A DNA stretch of 64,000 nucleotides from Camelus ferus. Taxonomy: Eukaryota. A program made the translations under genes and the position numbers. The stretch lies in the NCBI RefSeq assembly GCF_009834535.1, contig NC_045698.1, positions 4,464,001 through 4,528,000 on the forward strand, read 5' to 3'. The notes under the pieces were generated by a model. That model made no database searches. It was not told where the DNA came from and saw only the letters and a list, made by a program, of their open reading frames with translations. Shown piece by piece: positions 1 through 12,537 of the stretch. Every line of letters begins with the position of its first letter. The stretch's first letter is position 1.

Positions 1-494
1 AAAACAGGATAGACACCCACTGGTTAGAACCAATTTGACCCAAGGTGGCAGAAGATTCGACTTGCAGTGCCCTTGAGCCTCATTATAGGCTCACTGTAAC
101 ACATTAGCTGCTAAATGACACACCCACTGGTGCCATGACATTTCCCAGGCTGGCCACAAAAGGCCAAAAAGTGGGCAGGGCCCAATCCCTGGAAATCCCC
201 GCCCCTTCCCCAAAATAGGTGCGATAATCTTCCCACTTGTTAGCAGATGCAATTACCCAGCCCATGAAAACTAACCACCCCGGTACTCCAGGCCCCCTTT
301 CCTTCTGAGACGAACCACACTCTGTCTGTGGAGTGTGTCTCTCGCTAAATAAACTTGTTTTCATTTCACTATGTCTTGCTTTTGAATTCCTTCCTGCATG
401 AAGCCAAGGAACTTCGCTTGGCAGGACGCGTCCCTGGCACTTCGCCCGAGACCTGGGGCGTGACCATCCTCTTGTACCCCATTTTTCTGCATCA
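1..494 (+). mobile_element. ERV1-type LTR (3' part; truncated by the window start)
   Basis: AATAAA at 348-353 followed by a U5-like pyrimidine-rich tract ending ...ctgcatCA. No TGG primer-binding site follows, so it is a solo or 3' LTR. Confidence 0.7.
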
Positions 495-496
495 CC

Positions 497-672
497 TTGA
501 ACATTTTTTTTATTGATTACATGTTGAAATCATATTTTAGATACATTTGATTAGATAAAAATATTATCAAATTCGTTTTACCAGTTTATTCTTACTATTT
601 TAACCTGGCTAAAGAAAATTTAAAACTACACGTATGCAGCCTGCATCGTACTTCTGATGGGCAGCACTGCTC
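497..672 (-). mobile_element. MER33-like hAT-Charlie DNA transposon fragment
   Basis: ttattgattacatgttgaaat...aaaatttaaaactaca...cagcactg resembles the reverse complement of the MER33 5' half as I recall it. Confidence 0.65.
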
Positions 673-879
673 TCAGCCTGGTGGCGGCAGCCTCTAGTGT
701 GACCTGCGGACGCCCACCCCCTGGGATCCAGGCTTGTATACTCCCCTCCCCTCAAGTGGCTGCTTCAAGCCGTCAGAGCAGGGCACCACGGAGGGAAAGT
801 TGCTTTTGTGGTTGGAGTACAAAAGCCAGTGACTGTGTCCTGTGCCCCCACTGGGCAGGCTGCCATGTTGGAGGGGCTT

Positions 880-1135
880 ACCTGGCAAGGCCCTGAAGAC
901 AACCCCCGGCCAACAGCCCTCAAAGAACTGGACCCTGCCAACCACCAGTGAGCAGGTGGGGGGGCCCGGCCTTCCCCATTTCAAGCTGCGGCGACTGAAG
1001 CCTCGGCATCACGTGGAGGGCAGAGAGGACCCAGCAAAGCCAGGCCCCAATTCTCGGCCCACAAGGACTGTCATGAAATAAGCATGTGTTGCTTGAAACT
1101 ACTAAGTTTTGGGGAAACCTGTTACGCAGCCCTCC
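880..1135 (+). mobile_element. MLT1 (MaLR) LTR remnant
   Basis: gaactggaccctgccaaccacc and the typical 3' end tgtgttgcttgaaactactaagttttgggg...tgttacgcagc. Confidence 0.65.
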
Positions 1136-1984
1136 ACCAGACCCTCCACGAGAACACAAGTTTCCCTGGTCTCTGGCCTTTGGACTTCACCTGTTTGGAG
1201 TTAAATTCTCCAGGCAAATGGTGCAGACACAGCCCTGAGCAGGAAGGAGCTGCTTCCCAGAGCAATGAGGTGGCCAAGGCACGGCACTGACGTTAGGTGG
1301 AGCATGAGACACTGTTGTGCTTGGCAGCAGCCCCTTGGCCGCCAGAACGCTATCTCCCCATGAGCCATGGCCCCTGAGCATCTCCAAGTCCAGGGGGTCA
1401 GAGTTAAAACAAGGTAATTAAACTAAGCTAAGTGCTCCAGCCGGTCTGTGATTTTACGGCACTCAGTACGGCTCCTGCCTGCGATGCTCTTGTCTGGGGG
1501 CTGAGAAAGGTGCATCACCGCTCTGCTCCTGGATCGTGGGTGCCCTGGCCCCACCTTGGAGCAGGATCAGCTCCAGCAAAGGGAGACCTGCAGAGTGCAG
1601 GTCCCACCTGGCCAGCATCTCGAGGGGACAATGAGGCATGGACAGGAGCAGAGATACCAGCAGTGCTCCATCCAGAAGGGCTGCAGGCTGGGGCTGGACC
1701 TGGGCTCACCAGAGAGCTCCCAGACAGCCGGAGCCAGCCAGCTCACCAGGTGTCCCACCTTGTGTCACTGGGTGGCCACCCTCGAGGGCCTGATCCGCTA
1801 TACCTGCGGGGGTCCCCAGAGGATGAACACGAAACACACACCCATAGCACCCCCCCCCCACACACACACACACAGGGGCCAGGCTCCTCCCCATCCTTGA
1901 GGCTCTGCGGGCTTCTTAGTAGAATTTAATGGCACTCCAACCCAAAAGCATCCCCAGGGCCCCTTTGGCATTAGGAGTCTAGCC

Positions 1985-2480
1985 TCGGACGCTGCTGGTG
2001 GGCAGGTGAGAGGATGGAGCCACTCGGGAAAACAGTCGGCGGTTCCTCAGAGAGTGAAGCACAGTCACCACACAACCCCGCTATTCCGCTCCTGGGTGTA
2101 GACCCAGCAGACATGAAACCAGAGGTTCACACAGAAAGTTTTACAGCACCATTCTTAACAGCCAAAAGGCGGAAACAACCCAAACAACCACCAAATGATG
2201 AAGAAATTTAAAAAGCAGTACATCCATACAGTGGGCTATTATCCAGCAATAAAAAACACTGAAGCACTGATGATTCTTTAACATACAGAGAACTTGAAAA
2301 CATCATTCCAGCCACAAAAGACCATGTGTTGGATGAGTCCACTCGTAGGAAACATCCAGCAGAAGCAGATCCGTAGAGCCCGAACATCAGATACCTTTGT
2401 GGCACCTGTAAAACACGGCGGATGCTTGGGGTGCCGGCACCCTTGCATAATTTACAAACGTGTAAATTGGCTGCGGGTCC
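1985..2480 (+). mobile_element. Old L1 3' fragment (L1M-type)
   Basis: gctggtgggcaggtg...ctattccgctcctgggtgtagacccagcagacatgaaa...ggaaacaacccaaa resembles the L1 ORF2 end and 3'UTR. Confidence 0.8.
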
Positions 2481-2629
2481 GGTGCAGTTTCTGACTTTCT
2501 CCTTCCTGTGTTGTTAAGCCCCGTCTCCGTGGAGCTACCGGGGCTGCACCCAAGCCTGGTGCTCGCTAAGCACACGCTCTACTGCTGAGCCGGCCCTCCT
2601 CGCTCACTGATTGTTTTCTCCCCTCAGAA

Positions 2630-3090
2630 GTACCACATTGCTTTTATTACTACACCTTCACAGACTCTCCTGATATCCAGTGTAGGACAACCTCCCTCTT
2701 TCTCCTCTTTGTCAAAGACTTCAGAGATTCCAAACAAATTTTAGAGTAAGTGTATCAAGTCCCCGCAAAAGCGTTCAACTGCAAATGTGACTGGGCTTAC
2801 ACTAGGTGTAAGGCTTCGCTTGGGAGGAAACATCCTCTTTGTAATGTTGTCATCCCCTCCCGGAGCATGGATCGTCTCTGATTTATTCACATCAGCTTCT
2901 TCGGTCCGTCACTAGAGTTGTAACCATTCGCCACAGAAGCTTCATATAGTCTTAGATTTTTCCTATGCACTTTATAGTTTTTGTTATTATTTGTAATATC
3001 TCACTTTGTATATTTTTGTATTTCCATGTTGATTATTTCTGATGCAAAGAAACACTGTTGGTTTTTTAAATTTAACTAGGTATCCATCAA
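2630..3090 (-). mobile_element. Degenerate L1 ORF2 fragment
   Basis: T-rich antisense L1-like text (gtatcaagtcccc..., tcttagatttttcctatg). Confidence 0.55.
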
Positions 3091-5719
3091 CAGTGAGAAA
3101 CATTCTTATTGTAACTGTTTGCCAATTCTCTTGGTTTTTCTTGTAAGGTGATCGTATAATTTGTAATTACTAATCTGTATCTGTACTGTATCTGCACTAA
3201 TACGTATCTGACTCCTTGGAGAAAACAGCATCCATGCCTGACCCACCTTTTCTCCCCCCGGCACCAGGCACAGGGCAAAGATGTTCGGCTAATATTTATT
3301 AAATGCATAAACGAGTGATAAGTCATCCAAAGCATAGGTTGAGGCCACTCAGAAGTGAAAGATTCAGTCAAGCTGGGTTTTGAAATTGAGCTGAGTGAAA
3401 AACCAGTCTCTGTCTAGTGCCTGATGGAATCTAATTCACGGCTCATGTCTCTGGGGACTTAATATCGAAGAGAAACCACCATTGGATCAGCAGGTGTAAA
3501 GACAGAATGACAAGTGAATAAAGGACAAAAGGTGAATAAACAGGTAACACAACGTCACTGAGTCAGCTCCACGCTGAACTTCCAGGTCCCCGCCAGGTGA
3601 GGCCAGCAGTGCCTGGTCCCTCCAGCTCCGCCTCCTGCCTCCCTTTCAAGGTCGTCCTGGTCGTCCTTGTGGGTTCCACCCCGTGCATCCCACCCTCACG
3701 CCAAAGCTCCGTCCAGGCACGTCTGAGTCTCATGCTTCCGCTCACCCACCTGCTTGGCTTTGTCCCGCAGCTCTCCTCCCCAGCACACTGCCTGAGCTCC
3801 CACGCGGCCCAGCCCACCGCTGGTTCTGGGTGACCTGGGACACTTGGTCCCTTCGGGGCACTGCCTGCAGGTCTTTGTCAGGCAGGACTAGAGGGTCAAG
3901 ACCGAGGCTGGAACAGGGAAGGCGAGCAGGGCTGCGCCCTTTGTCTTCTCCTGGGCCCCCCAGCAGAGAGCAGACAATTAGTCAGTTCCCCCTAGAGCTG
4001 CTCTTGGCTCTGACGATCAGGAGGAAACAGTTTCTCCCCTGAGAATCCAGAGCGGACTGGTCTGCCTCTGGGCAGGTGCCGGCTCTCAAGCCCTGGGAGC
4101 TGGAAGCCGGAGCTCCTCATCTTACTCCCCAGGGTCTCCGAACCCCGGGCTGCGGCCGGTGTCGCAGCCTCCGCGCAGCCTCCACAGAGACCTCTGCTGT
4201 CCGCTAATACCGGGCTCCTGCTCGTTGCTCCGAGCTGTCGGCCCACGGGGTGGAAAGCTCCCCTGCAGGACCGAGCGCTGAAGTCAGCTACAGCAGGACC
4301 CACTGTCCTCACCCTGCCCCCAGTCACCCAGGGCCTCCGTGTCTCTGCTGTTCACACTGAGATGCTCTAGGACCCCCCCGATGCGGGGTCTCCTTCTTCT
4401 CCGGGAGGCTTCCCGCTTGGAGATACTGCCCGGCAGTGGGTGGGCATTTGGGGAATATCTGGAGGCAAAGACCAGCCCAGTGCTCTTCCTCCTTCCGGAA
4501 GAGACACCAGGGCATGGCCGGCTCCACTCGGCCCTCTGTCCGATCCTCAGTCCTCAAGTTGTCCAGCACCTCTGGACTCAGTCCTTGAGAGCAAATGACA
4601 AATGGGCCCCGACCCACAGCAGGGCCTCTGCCGGCATCCTGGGGGTGGGGGGCAGGGCACAGTTCTACAGCACGAGCACCCTGCTTTCTCTCATCGAGCC
4701 CCCCAAGAAGAACATGCGAGCCAGAGGCAGCACCCACGCCCAGCGCCCCAACCTTCTTATTTGGGACTGGCTTAATGAGGATGTACAATCAGTGGGGGCG
4801 CCAGAGTGCAATTTTTTGCCTCTGTTTTTTAATAGGAAAAAAAAAAAATGCCAGCGGGTCTAACTTCGAGGCAGAGCAGAGTCTCGTTAGAAATGTGCAG
4901 ATATGAGCTGCCCTCCCCCCCAGGTGCTGCGTGTCATGTATCTTCCTCTGGAAAGGAGTGCACAGGTCTTTGCAGAACTTGGCTTACAAGCAACAGAAAA
5001 TAGCCCCAAACTCTCCCTCCATGCAGAAAAGAAAACTGGGCTCCCCCCTCATCCCAGACGCCCCCAGCATCGCCCCCAGGAAGGAGCAGAGGCTGTGCTC
5101 AGCTTCAAGGTGTCCACTTAGCTTCTTCCCCGACCTTAAGCACTGCCTCTCACACCCTCTGACACCTGTGCGACAGATGTGCGGCTCCTTGGAGTTCCTG
5201 ATGGATAGTTTGGGGTCAGCTTGACTTGGCCATGGGGTGTCCAGATTTTTGGTCAGGTTATTCTGTGCGGGTTACTAGTGTGTCTAACTTTGCATGTTCC
5301 ACGGAGCCTCAGGCAGCCATCTGGGGCTCTTAGCAGCTATGTGGGCACTGGAGGACCGAGTTGTGCAGCTAACTTCCAGGCACTAAGGTTTGCCACAAAA
5401 TGCAGGTGCAGAGCGGCTTCCCAGTGCCTGGCCCAAGGGGGTCCCTGAGCAACATCTGAATAGATGGCAGCTTTGCTGAGAGGGTGAAGGTGAGATGTGC
5501 TTCTTAAGTGAGCCACCAGGAGGGCAGCCAGTCTCAGCCCGGCCCTTGCAGGCAGGCAAAGGGGCTGGCAGGCTCACCCCTGCCCCCGGGCGATTGCCCC
5601 ATCTTCTTGTGTCCTGCATGGGGTCGCTGGTGCCGGTGGTGTAGACAGAAACCCGAGGAATGTCACTGAGCTGCAGAGGCTGCTCCGGAGCCCCAGACAG
5701 CTGTTGTTTTTGGTTTCCA

Positions 5720-6200
5720 ACGTTTATTGAGACAGGATTCTCACTTCACACCGCCCACCCATTTGCAGTCCACAACTTGATGGGTTTTGATGCCTTCATG
5801 GTCATGAGCAACTACTGCTGCAGTCAATTCTGAAAAATTCTCATCATCTAGAAAGGAAACCCCGTTCTCTTTGCTCCCCACCCCTCACACCCCTACCCAG
5901 CGCCAAGCTCCTCTCCACCTCCATGGACTTCCCTGCTCTGGATGTTGCACGTAGAAGGAATCATTCCATATGTGACCTTTTGTGTCTGGCTGCCTTCGCT
6001 GAGCACGTTTCAAGGTCCGTCCCCGTTCTGTCAGGATCCCTGCCCTTCACATAGCCGGGTCATACTCTGTCGTGGGGATGGGCCGCATTTTACTTCTCCA
6101 TTTGTCGCTCAATGGCCAGTGGACACTGGGGTCGCTCCCACCTTTGGGTTGTTACCACCAGTGGTGCTGTGAGCCATGTGCTGCGCTGTTTGCTTTGGCT
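5720..6200 (-). mobile_element. L1MB/ME-type 3' end fragment
   Basis: tttattgagacagg...tctcatcatctagaaaggaaacccc...gtgaccttttgtgtctggctgccttcgctgagc. Confidence 0.75.
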
Positions 6201-6883
6201 TGTTGCTTTCTAGAGGAACGTGAAATACAGAAGTCCTTCCCAGTGCTCCCCACACCGCCCCCCAGGCCGGGGGTGGATTCAGGGCACCACGAAGGCCCCC
6301 ACACTGGGGGAAGGGGCGTATTTAAGGACGACGTCCTGTAGGGGGCAGTGTGGTCTGTCTTCCTTGTTCCCAGGATCCACCCCCAGCCCCCACTGGGGAT
6401 CAGAAGAGGGGCCGGGCCCTCCCCAGGTGTCTTGGGGTTAGCCAGTTGAGGACCCCCGGCCTGGCCCTGGAAGAGAGGTCCAGGATTCTGACAGGAAAAG
6501 CACGTCGTACCTTTCGGGCATCTGTAAGAGAATCAGCACTCCTGGGCCCCCGCGGTTTGAGCAGAGGCGCCGCCCCCTCCTGGGAAGGCTATCTGGCTGG
6601 AAAGCCTCTGATCCGTTCACAGCCCTGAGCTCCCAAAGTCGGGGCAGGAGGCCTGGGGCCTCGGGGAGGGCAGATGGCTGGGTCCTGCTGGGAGGCCAGA
6701 GCCCCTGCAGATCTTTCTGCAGATCCATCGCGAGCCCCTCTCCACTCTTCTGTGGAAATGCACCTCCTCCCTTCAGCCTTGAAGAGGGCTGCTGCTCAGA
6801 GTGAGACCGGCCCCCTGACGCTCCTGCTGTTTGAGGGGTCGGCTGTCCCCACGGTGACCCTGCCTGGCCCACTCAAGTTACCC

Positions 6884-6972
6884 TCCCTCCCTCCTCTCTC
6901 TCCTCCCTCCCACCCACCTTCCTCCCTCCCTCCTTCTTTCCCTCCTTCCTTCTCTCCCTCCCTCCCTCCCAA
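6884..6972. repeat. CT-rich polypyrimidine low-complexity tract
   Basis: About 90 nt almost entirely C/T (ccct/cctt units). Confidence 0.9.
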
Positions 6973-8344
6973 CATCCTTCCTGAAAGATGAGAGTCACTC
7001 AGCTGAGGAACTGGACAGTTTGGGTCTCAGGAAGATAAATGCCCCTCTCCCTGCAGACTTTTGGTAGCTCCTCTGGAATAACTCTTCTTTCTACTAAAAC
7101 GTCGGCAGGAGAGGAGCAGAGCTGCTCTGGTGCCCAGGCTGCTGGCAGAGTGGGTGCCGGGGCACGCCCAGGGCCGGCCCTGTGGCTCTGTGGGATTGCC
7201 TACTTTCTGGCAGGGACATGTTTCCTCGGGAGGTGGTGACAGGGCTCAGGGCTGCGGAGGGGATGGTGGCCCAGCTCTGGCTGCCACCTCCACCCTCACC
7301 TTCCCACCTCTGGTCCAGCACAGGGCTCTGCGCATAAGAGACAGCTGATAAATATTTGTTAAATAAGCGAGTTTATTGATGCTTCTCCTTTGCCAAACAA
7401 GATGGGCTATTTGGGGAACCCGTTTATTTTTCCAGATGGAAAATTTAGAACAGTGTCTCAGTGGGGCCTCAGAGGGGCCCTGCAGCTCATCCAGCCCGTG
7501 TTCTTGACCCTAGCTGCACAAGGGAGCCTTTGAAATGCCGGTGCCCAGGCCTTTCCCAGGCCCTTCCCAGGCCCATGGAGGAAGGCCCTCCGGGTGGGCT
7601 ATGTTTTCCCAGGCTCCCAGGCGACTCTAACGTGTGGTGCGAACACCAGCCATAGCACAGGTGGAGACAGCGAGGCTCAGGCAGGGCAAGCACGTGCGGC
7701 TGGGTGGCTGGGACTGGCTCTTTGAGATGGACTCCTGGTCCAGTGCTCCTCCTGGCACAGTCTGCACACCCTGCCCTTGCAGGGACAAAGGGACTTTATC
7801 AATGCCACCCCCCAGGGCGGTGGCCATGACCTGCATTCCCAGTCAGCCCCCACGGCCTGTGCCCTCAGGAGGTGCCTGTGCCGGGGAGGCGAGCCCCAGT
7901 GCGGTGAAACCTTAGTGCCCAAAGCCACGCGGTCTCTGCAAAGAGCCACCACGCACAGTGGGGCCACCAACAATCTGAAACCCCGTGGACCTCAGCAGGA
8001 CAGAGCGTCAGGTGGACACAGCCCACAGCAGCTCTGGATGCAACAGGTAGGGTATTTCTAGAAGCTGCTTCTCTCATGTCTTACCTGCCACCCAGGGACA
8101 GGGAACCGGTGGGTTCAGGAGCACTGCTCTCCCAGAACAGCAAGGCAAGACTGTCAGAAAAAAGAGGTGTCTGCCAGCCTCAGCTTCCCTCTAACCCACC
8201 TGCAGAATGTCTGCTTCTAACCAACAATGAAAGGAGACTCACCCCCACCCACCCAGGAACCTCCCCAGAGCCCCAGACTCCAGGCTGATGGCTCATCGAA
8301 CCAAGGGGCAGACACCCCTTTTGGTTCACTGTGAGACCAGCATC

Positions 8345-8470
8345 CTCCACATTGTGCCCCGCCCCCCAAATTCCTACACTGAAGCCCTAGCCTCCAATGT
8401 GATTGTATTTGGGACACTGTGGGAGACCTCAGGAATGGGTTGACACCGGAGTGGGGGATGGTTCTTTTGG
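8345..8470 (+). mobile_element. MLT1 LTR 5' remnant
   Basis: attgtgccccgcccccaaattcctacactgaagccctagcctccaatgtgattgtatttggg. Confidence 0.6.
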
Positions 8471-11400
8471 GCAAAGCCTGTCCCCCGACTTCCCTGCAGG
8501 CCAAAGTGAAGCTGCCTCCCCATGGGGCCTCCTGAGAGGGAGGAGGCCCGCCCCTGTGGAGGTCACAGAGCGACCTCAGCTGAGTGCGGCATGGGGCAGC
8601 CCGGGGGTCTCGGGAGTGGGCAGAGTCCCGGCCCCCAGGACCCACCCCTCCCTTCTCTACTAAGTCTCCCAATGATGCAGAATGACCGTTTCCCCCCTGT
8701 GCCCCTTCCTTGGGGAGCCAGCCTCTGGGCCCTGGGGGCTCCTGGAAATGCCAGCTCTGGCCAAACCCAAAATGAGCCTCAGAGTCCAGAAGCTTCCTGT
8801 TCACATCGGGAGTCTGACCTCTCCCCAGTCTGAGCTAGTGTCCAGCGGAGGTGGATGGAGGGCACCCACGCCCTGGGAGAGGAAGCACCCACCGGGACGG
8901 AGGGTTTGGGGTGAGTCAGCACCGAGGGCAGCTCTGCTCTGTGATCTCAGCCTGTCTGCCACCTCCTTCCTTCTCTTTGAAGCAGGCCTTGGGTCTTGGC
9001 AAGCAGGCTGTCTAGACACCAGGGCTCTGGCCAAGATGAATTATTTTTCTAACAGAGCTTGTGGCATTCTTGGCAGAGAGGAAAGAGAAAGGCCTTCCTG
9101 CAGCCCCGCCAGGCCAGGAAACTCTCTGAAGAGCTACTGACACTAAAACTCACTTGCAAGGATTTCCCTCCAGCAAAGCCCCGTCTCCCTGGGAACCAGA
9201 CCTGGGCTCCCAGTCTGATGGCAACAACATGAAGAGGTGACACCCAACCAGTCACCAACCTGCCTCAGGGGCCCGGCTGCCCTCCCTCTGGGACTGGTAC
9301 CGTGAGGGATGGACGGGGATGTTGGCAGAGGAGCCCCTGGGTGGAAGCCCCTGCCAGGTGAGACCTCAGGCCCGGGCGTCCGGTGGCACTTGGTGGAGGA
9401 ACCCAGGGAGCCTCGCTGCTTCCCTCCCACCTTAGCTGAAAGGAACACCAGAAACACGGATTCTATTCGATGGAGGTAGTTTTGCCTCAGATGAATTGGG
9501 TTTCCACTGGTCAGGAAGGCAAAAGCGAGCACGGGACGAACAAACAGCAGCGCTGCCCCAAACACGGGAAGGCCCTTCAGAGGGAAATGGGCGCCCAGCG
9601 CCCTCGCTGCAGCGGAGGGGCAGGGCGGCTGGCGCGGCCGGGGCTGCAGGAGAGGCTGTCAGGTTGCAGACAGAGACCAGGAGAGAAACAGCAGTAGGTA
9701 GCTAGAGGCCAGGGAAGCCGTTTGCCTTCTCAGGACAGTGGGAGTGAGGCGTCCTGCTCCGCTGGGGGAGGGAGCTGGGGGAGGGAGCTGGGGGAGCTTG
9801 TCGGGTGGGGGTGGGAGGTAAGGAGCCAATGACTAACACCCCAAGGACGGGGTTGAGGGGGGCTGTGGAGGGCAGGGGGAGGGGGCTGTGGAGGGCAGGA
9901 GGTGGGGGCTGAGGGGGAGCGGTGCCAGGAGGAGATGCCGCCCACAGGGAGGGCCTGGGTCTTGCCTACCCGCTGCCACTTCCTGCCCGCAGCCAGCCCA
10001 GATCCAGGGCCCCCTCCCTCTCCACCCTCTACAACCCTATTTTGTGGGCCTTGTTCTGGTCTCCAAAGGGTCAGCTTCAGGCCAGAATTCTACGTGTGAT
10101 CCCTCAGGCCAGACCCCAGATGTGTGGGCCTCACAGGGGGGCAGGGTGCCAGCCCCCCGACCAGGCTCCCTGCACCGAGGACATACTGTGATTTTTGGGA
10201 GAGAACTGCCGTCAAAGATGGAAGCTCCCCAAGCCAGACTTGCTCCTGCATAAGTGTGAATTCCCTGCCTAGGCACCAACGCAGAGCCCTCTTATCCCCT
10301 CAGGCATTTTCCACCCCTGGCCCTGCCACCTCTCCCTCCCAGCCCCCTAAGTCCATACAGAGGCAAGAACCCTGGGTCTGGGGCTCTGGGGCAGTGGGAC
10401 GATGTTCCCAGGCTGCGCTGATCCACCGGCCCCAGCCTGGCGCATCTGTCCGGGGAGCCGGTGCATCTGTCCGGGGAGCCAGCGCCTCCCTGCATCTCAC
10501 TGCTTCACAGGTCCATACTGAGGCTCCTTAATGCAGCCAGCCACCTGGGCACCTGATTGCTCACCTGGGTTCCAATTTCAATCTGGGGGCTCCCGCCTTC
10601 TAACATGGACTGAAGATGCCAGAAACTAACTGGGGAGGAGCCAGCCTCAGAAGGGAGCACTGGGGCCTCCGCTGACTGCACTCAGGCTGATCCCCAGTCA
10701 AGGTCAAGTCTCCCAGGATCCTCCCTCCCCGTGAAAGGCTGGCCCCCTGCCGCCCGCTCAGGAGGCACCACGGGCTTCACTGCTGCGCTCTTCTCCCTGC
10801 AAGGATGCGGGGAACTGGACGCCAGTCCTCTCAGACACTAGCCGCTGGGGACCACCAGGGCCTGGTGGACACATTTGCCTAATACTGACGGAGGGAGGGA
10901 GGGAGTAATGAACGCGTGGAGCCCTTGACTCTGGGAAGAGATCAAGGCAGACCCATTTGCTGCGTTGCCCCTGCCCCCCCTCCTCAAGCCCCAGGCCAAC
11001 ATTCAGGTCACTCAGCTGACAGAGCCGGGTTCCCCTTTCACCGCAGACTCGGGAGCCCTCGGGCATCTCAGCCCCAGGCGCAGTGCCTCCTTCGAGATGG
11101 CATCCATTCTCTGTGCCTCTGAGTTCACATCCTGTCGATGGAGCTAGTGTGACCCTAGTGCCAGTTTCCAAGCCCAGGCCTTCAGGAGGAAGCTTCTGCA
11201 TTCTGTATCTTGAGGGCGCTGGGTTCTCCCAGCCGTCACACTGGGAGGAAGCCCAGACCACACGGAGAGGCCACGCGGACGCATTCTGGCCGACAGCCTG
11301 CAATGCCCACCTGCCGTGAGGGAGGGTGGCTGCCCGGTCACCCGCTAAGTGCCTTCAAGTGAAAGAACAGTCAGCTCCTTAGAGGAGGGGCAGGAGGGGC

Positions 11401-12537
11401 AGTAACATGGATAAAAAAAGTATAAAATTATTGCGTTTGCTTTAAGCCATTACGTTTCAGGCTGATTGGAGGCCCAGCAATAAACACTGAAGGGAATGGG
11501 CAGCTAATAAGGGTTGCTGAAACCAGAACAATAGCTTCTCCCCTGCCCTAATTACAAGCGGCCTCTGAGCCGCTTACTTCAACACGAGGCAGTGGCAGCT
11601 CTTCTCGGCCAAGCCACGGCACTCTTTGTTCTTCACTTGGAATCTCTTTTGAGAGACACCAGTAGGCATCACCTGCATTGGCCTGAGCAGAGAGAAGCGA
11701 GATCATTTAAGGGTCCTTAAATTTTAAAATGTCTATTTGCAACATATGCCCTAAAGGCGACTCCTAATAAAAGCCTCAGAGAGGCAACTCTGTTCATTTA
11801 TGTGCTATTTTCTGCCAGCCTCTTTCTTTGAGTGACTTAAACTGTTTGCTCAAGGACTCACTATCTGAGCCTGAACCGGTTGCTTTAATAATTGATAATC
11901 AGACAACTTCAATATAGACCATAAGTTAGATGGAAACACAAGGTAAACGCAGGAACAGAAATGAGCAGGGTTGTTAGCTAGCGTCACTGCGGGAAAGGCC
12001 CGGCGGGTCAGCGTTCGCGTGACACGAACAGTCCGTCACCACAAACCCCTTAAAGAGGGTCAGCATGTGTAGGCCAAGGGCAGGGGACAGGCAGGGGCAC
12101 TGTCACACCTGGGAAGGAGGTGCTTTGCATGTCAGCAGGGACTGCTTCAGACAGTGCGTGTTTACTGAGCACAGGCTGTGGCCTCACCTGCAAGAAACCC
12201 GGGGAGCGCAGCGCTGCTTCTGGTGGCCAGATGAAACCAAAACAGTTTGAAAGAAGTTGTTGAAACTGCGTGCGCCCCGTGCAGACTCTCCACCTGGGCT
12301 CTGGAGTCATGCAGAACAGAAGATGCATTTGCTTGGGGTGGGGACAATCAGGACCGTCCGAAAGACTTTTACGGCCTTATATTTCAACGCCTTTCAATCT
12401 TACATCTCTTAATGGAGAGTGTCTGACAATCTTGGAAGATGGATTTGGAAATTGAGGCCAGTCCACAAGATGTATAATTTGTCCATTTGTCCCTGAGCTT
12501 CTGGACATGTAGCAGCTCAACCACCACAGGGCAAGTT

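Noticed and set aside
1432-11341. Many 100-195 aa ORFs in the GC-rich left region (for example 1432+, 4339+, 8217-, 10758-)
   Set aside because: No domain similarity I can recognise and no consistent splice structure; several overlap LTR or L1 remnants. This is expected in ~60% GC DNA.
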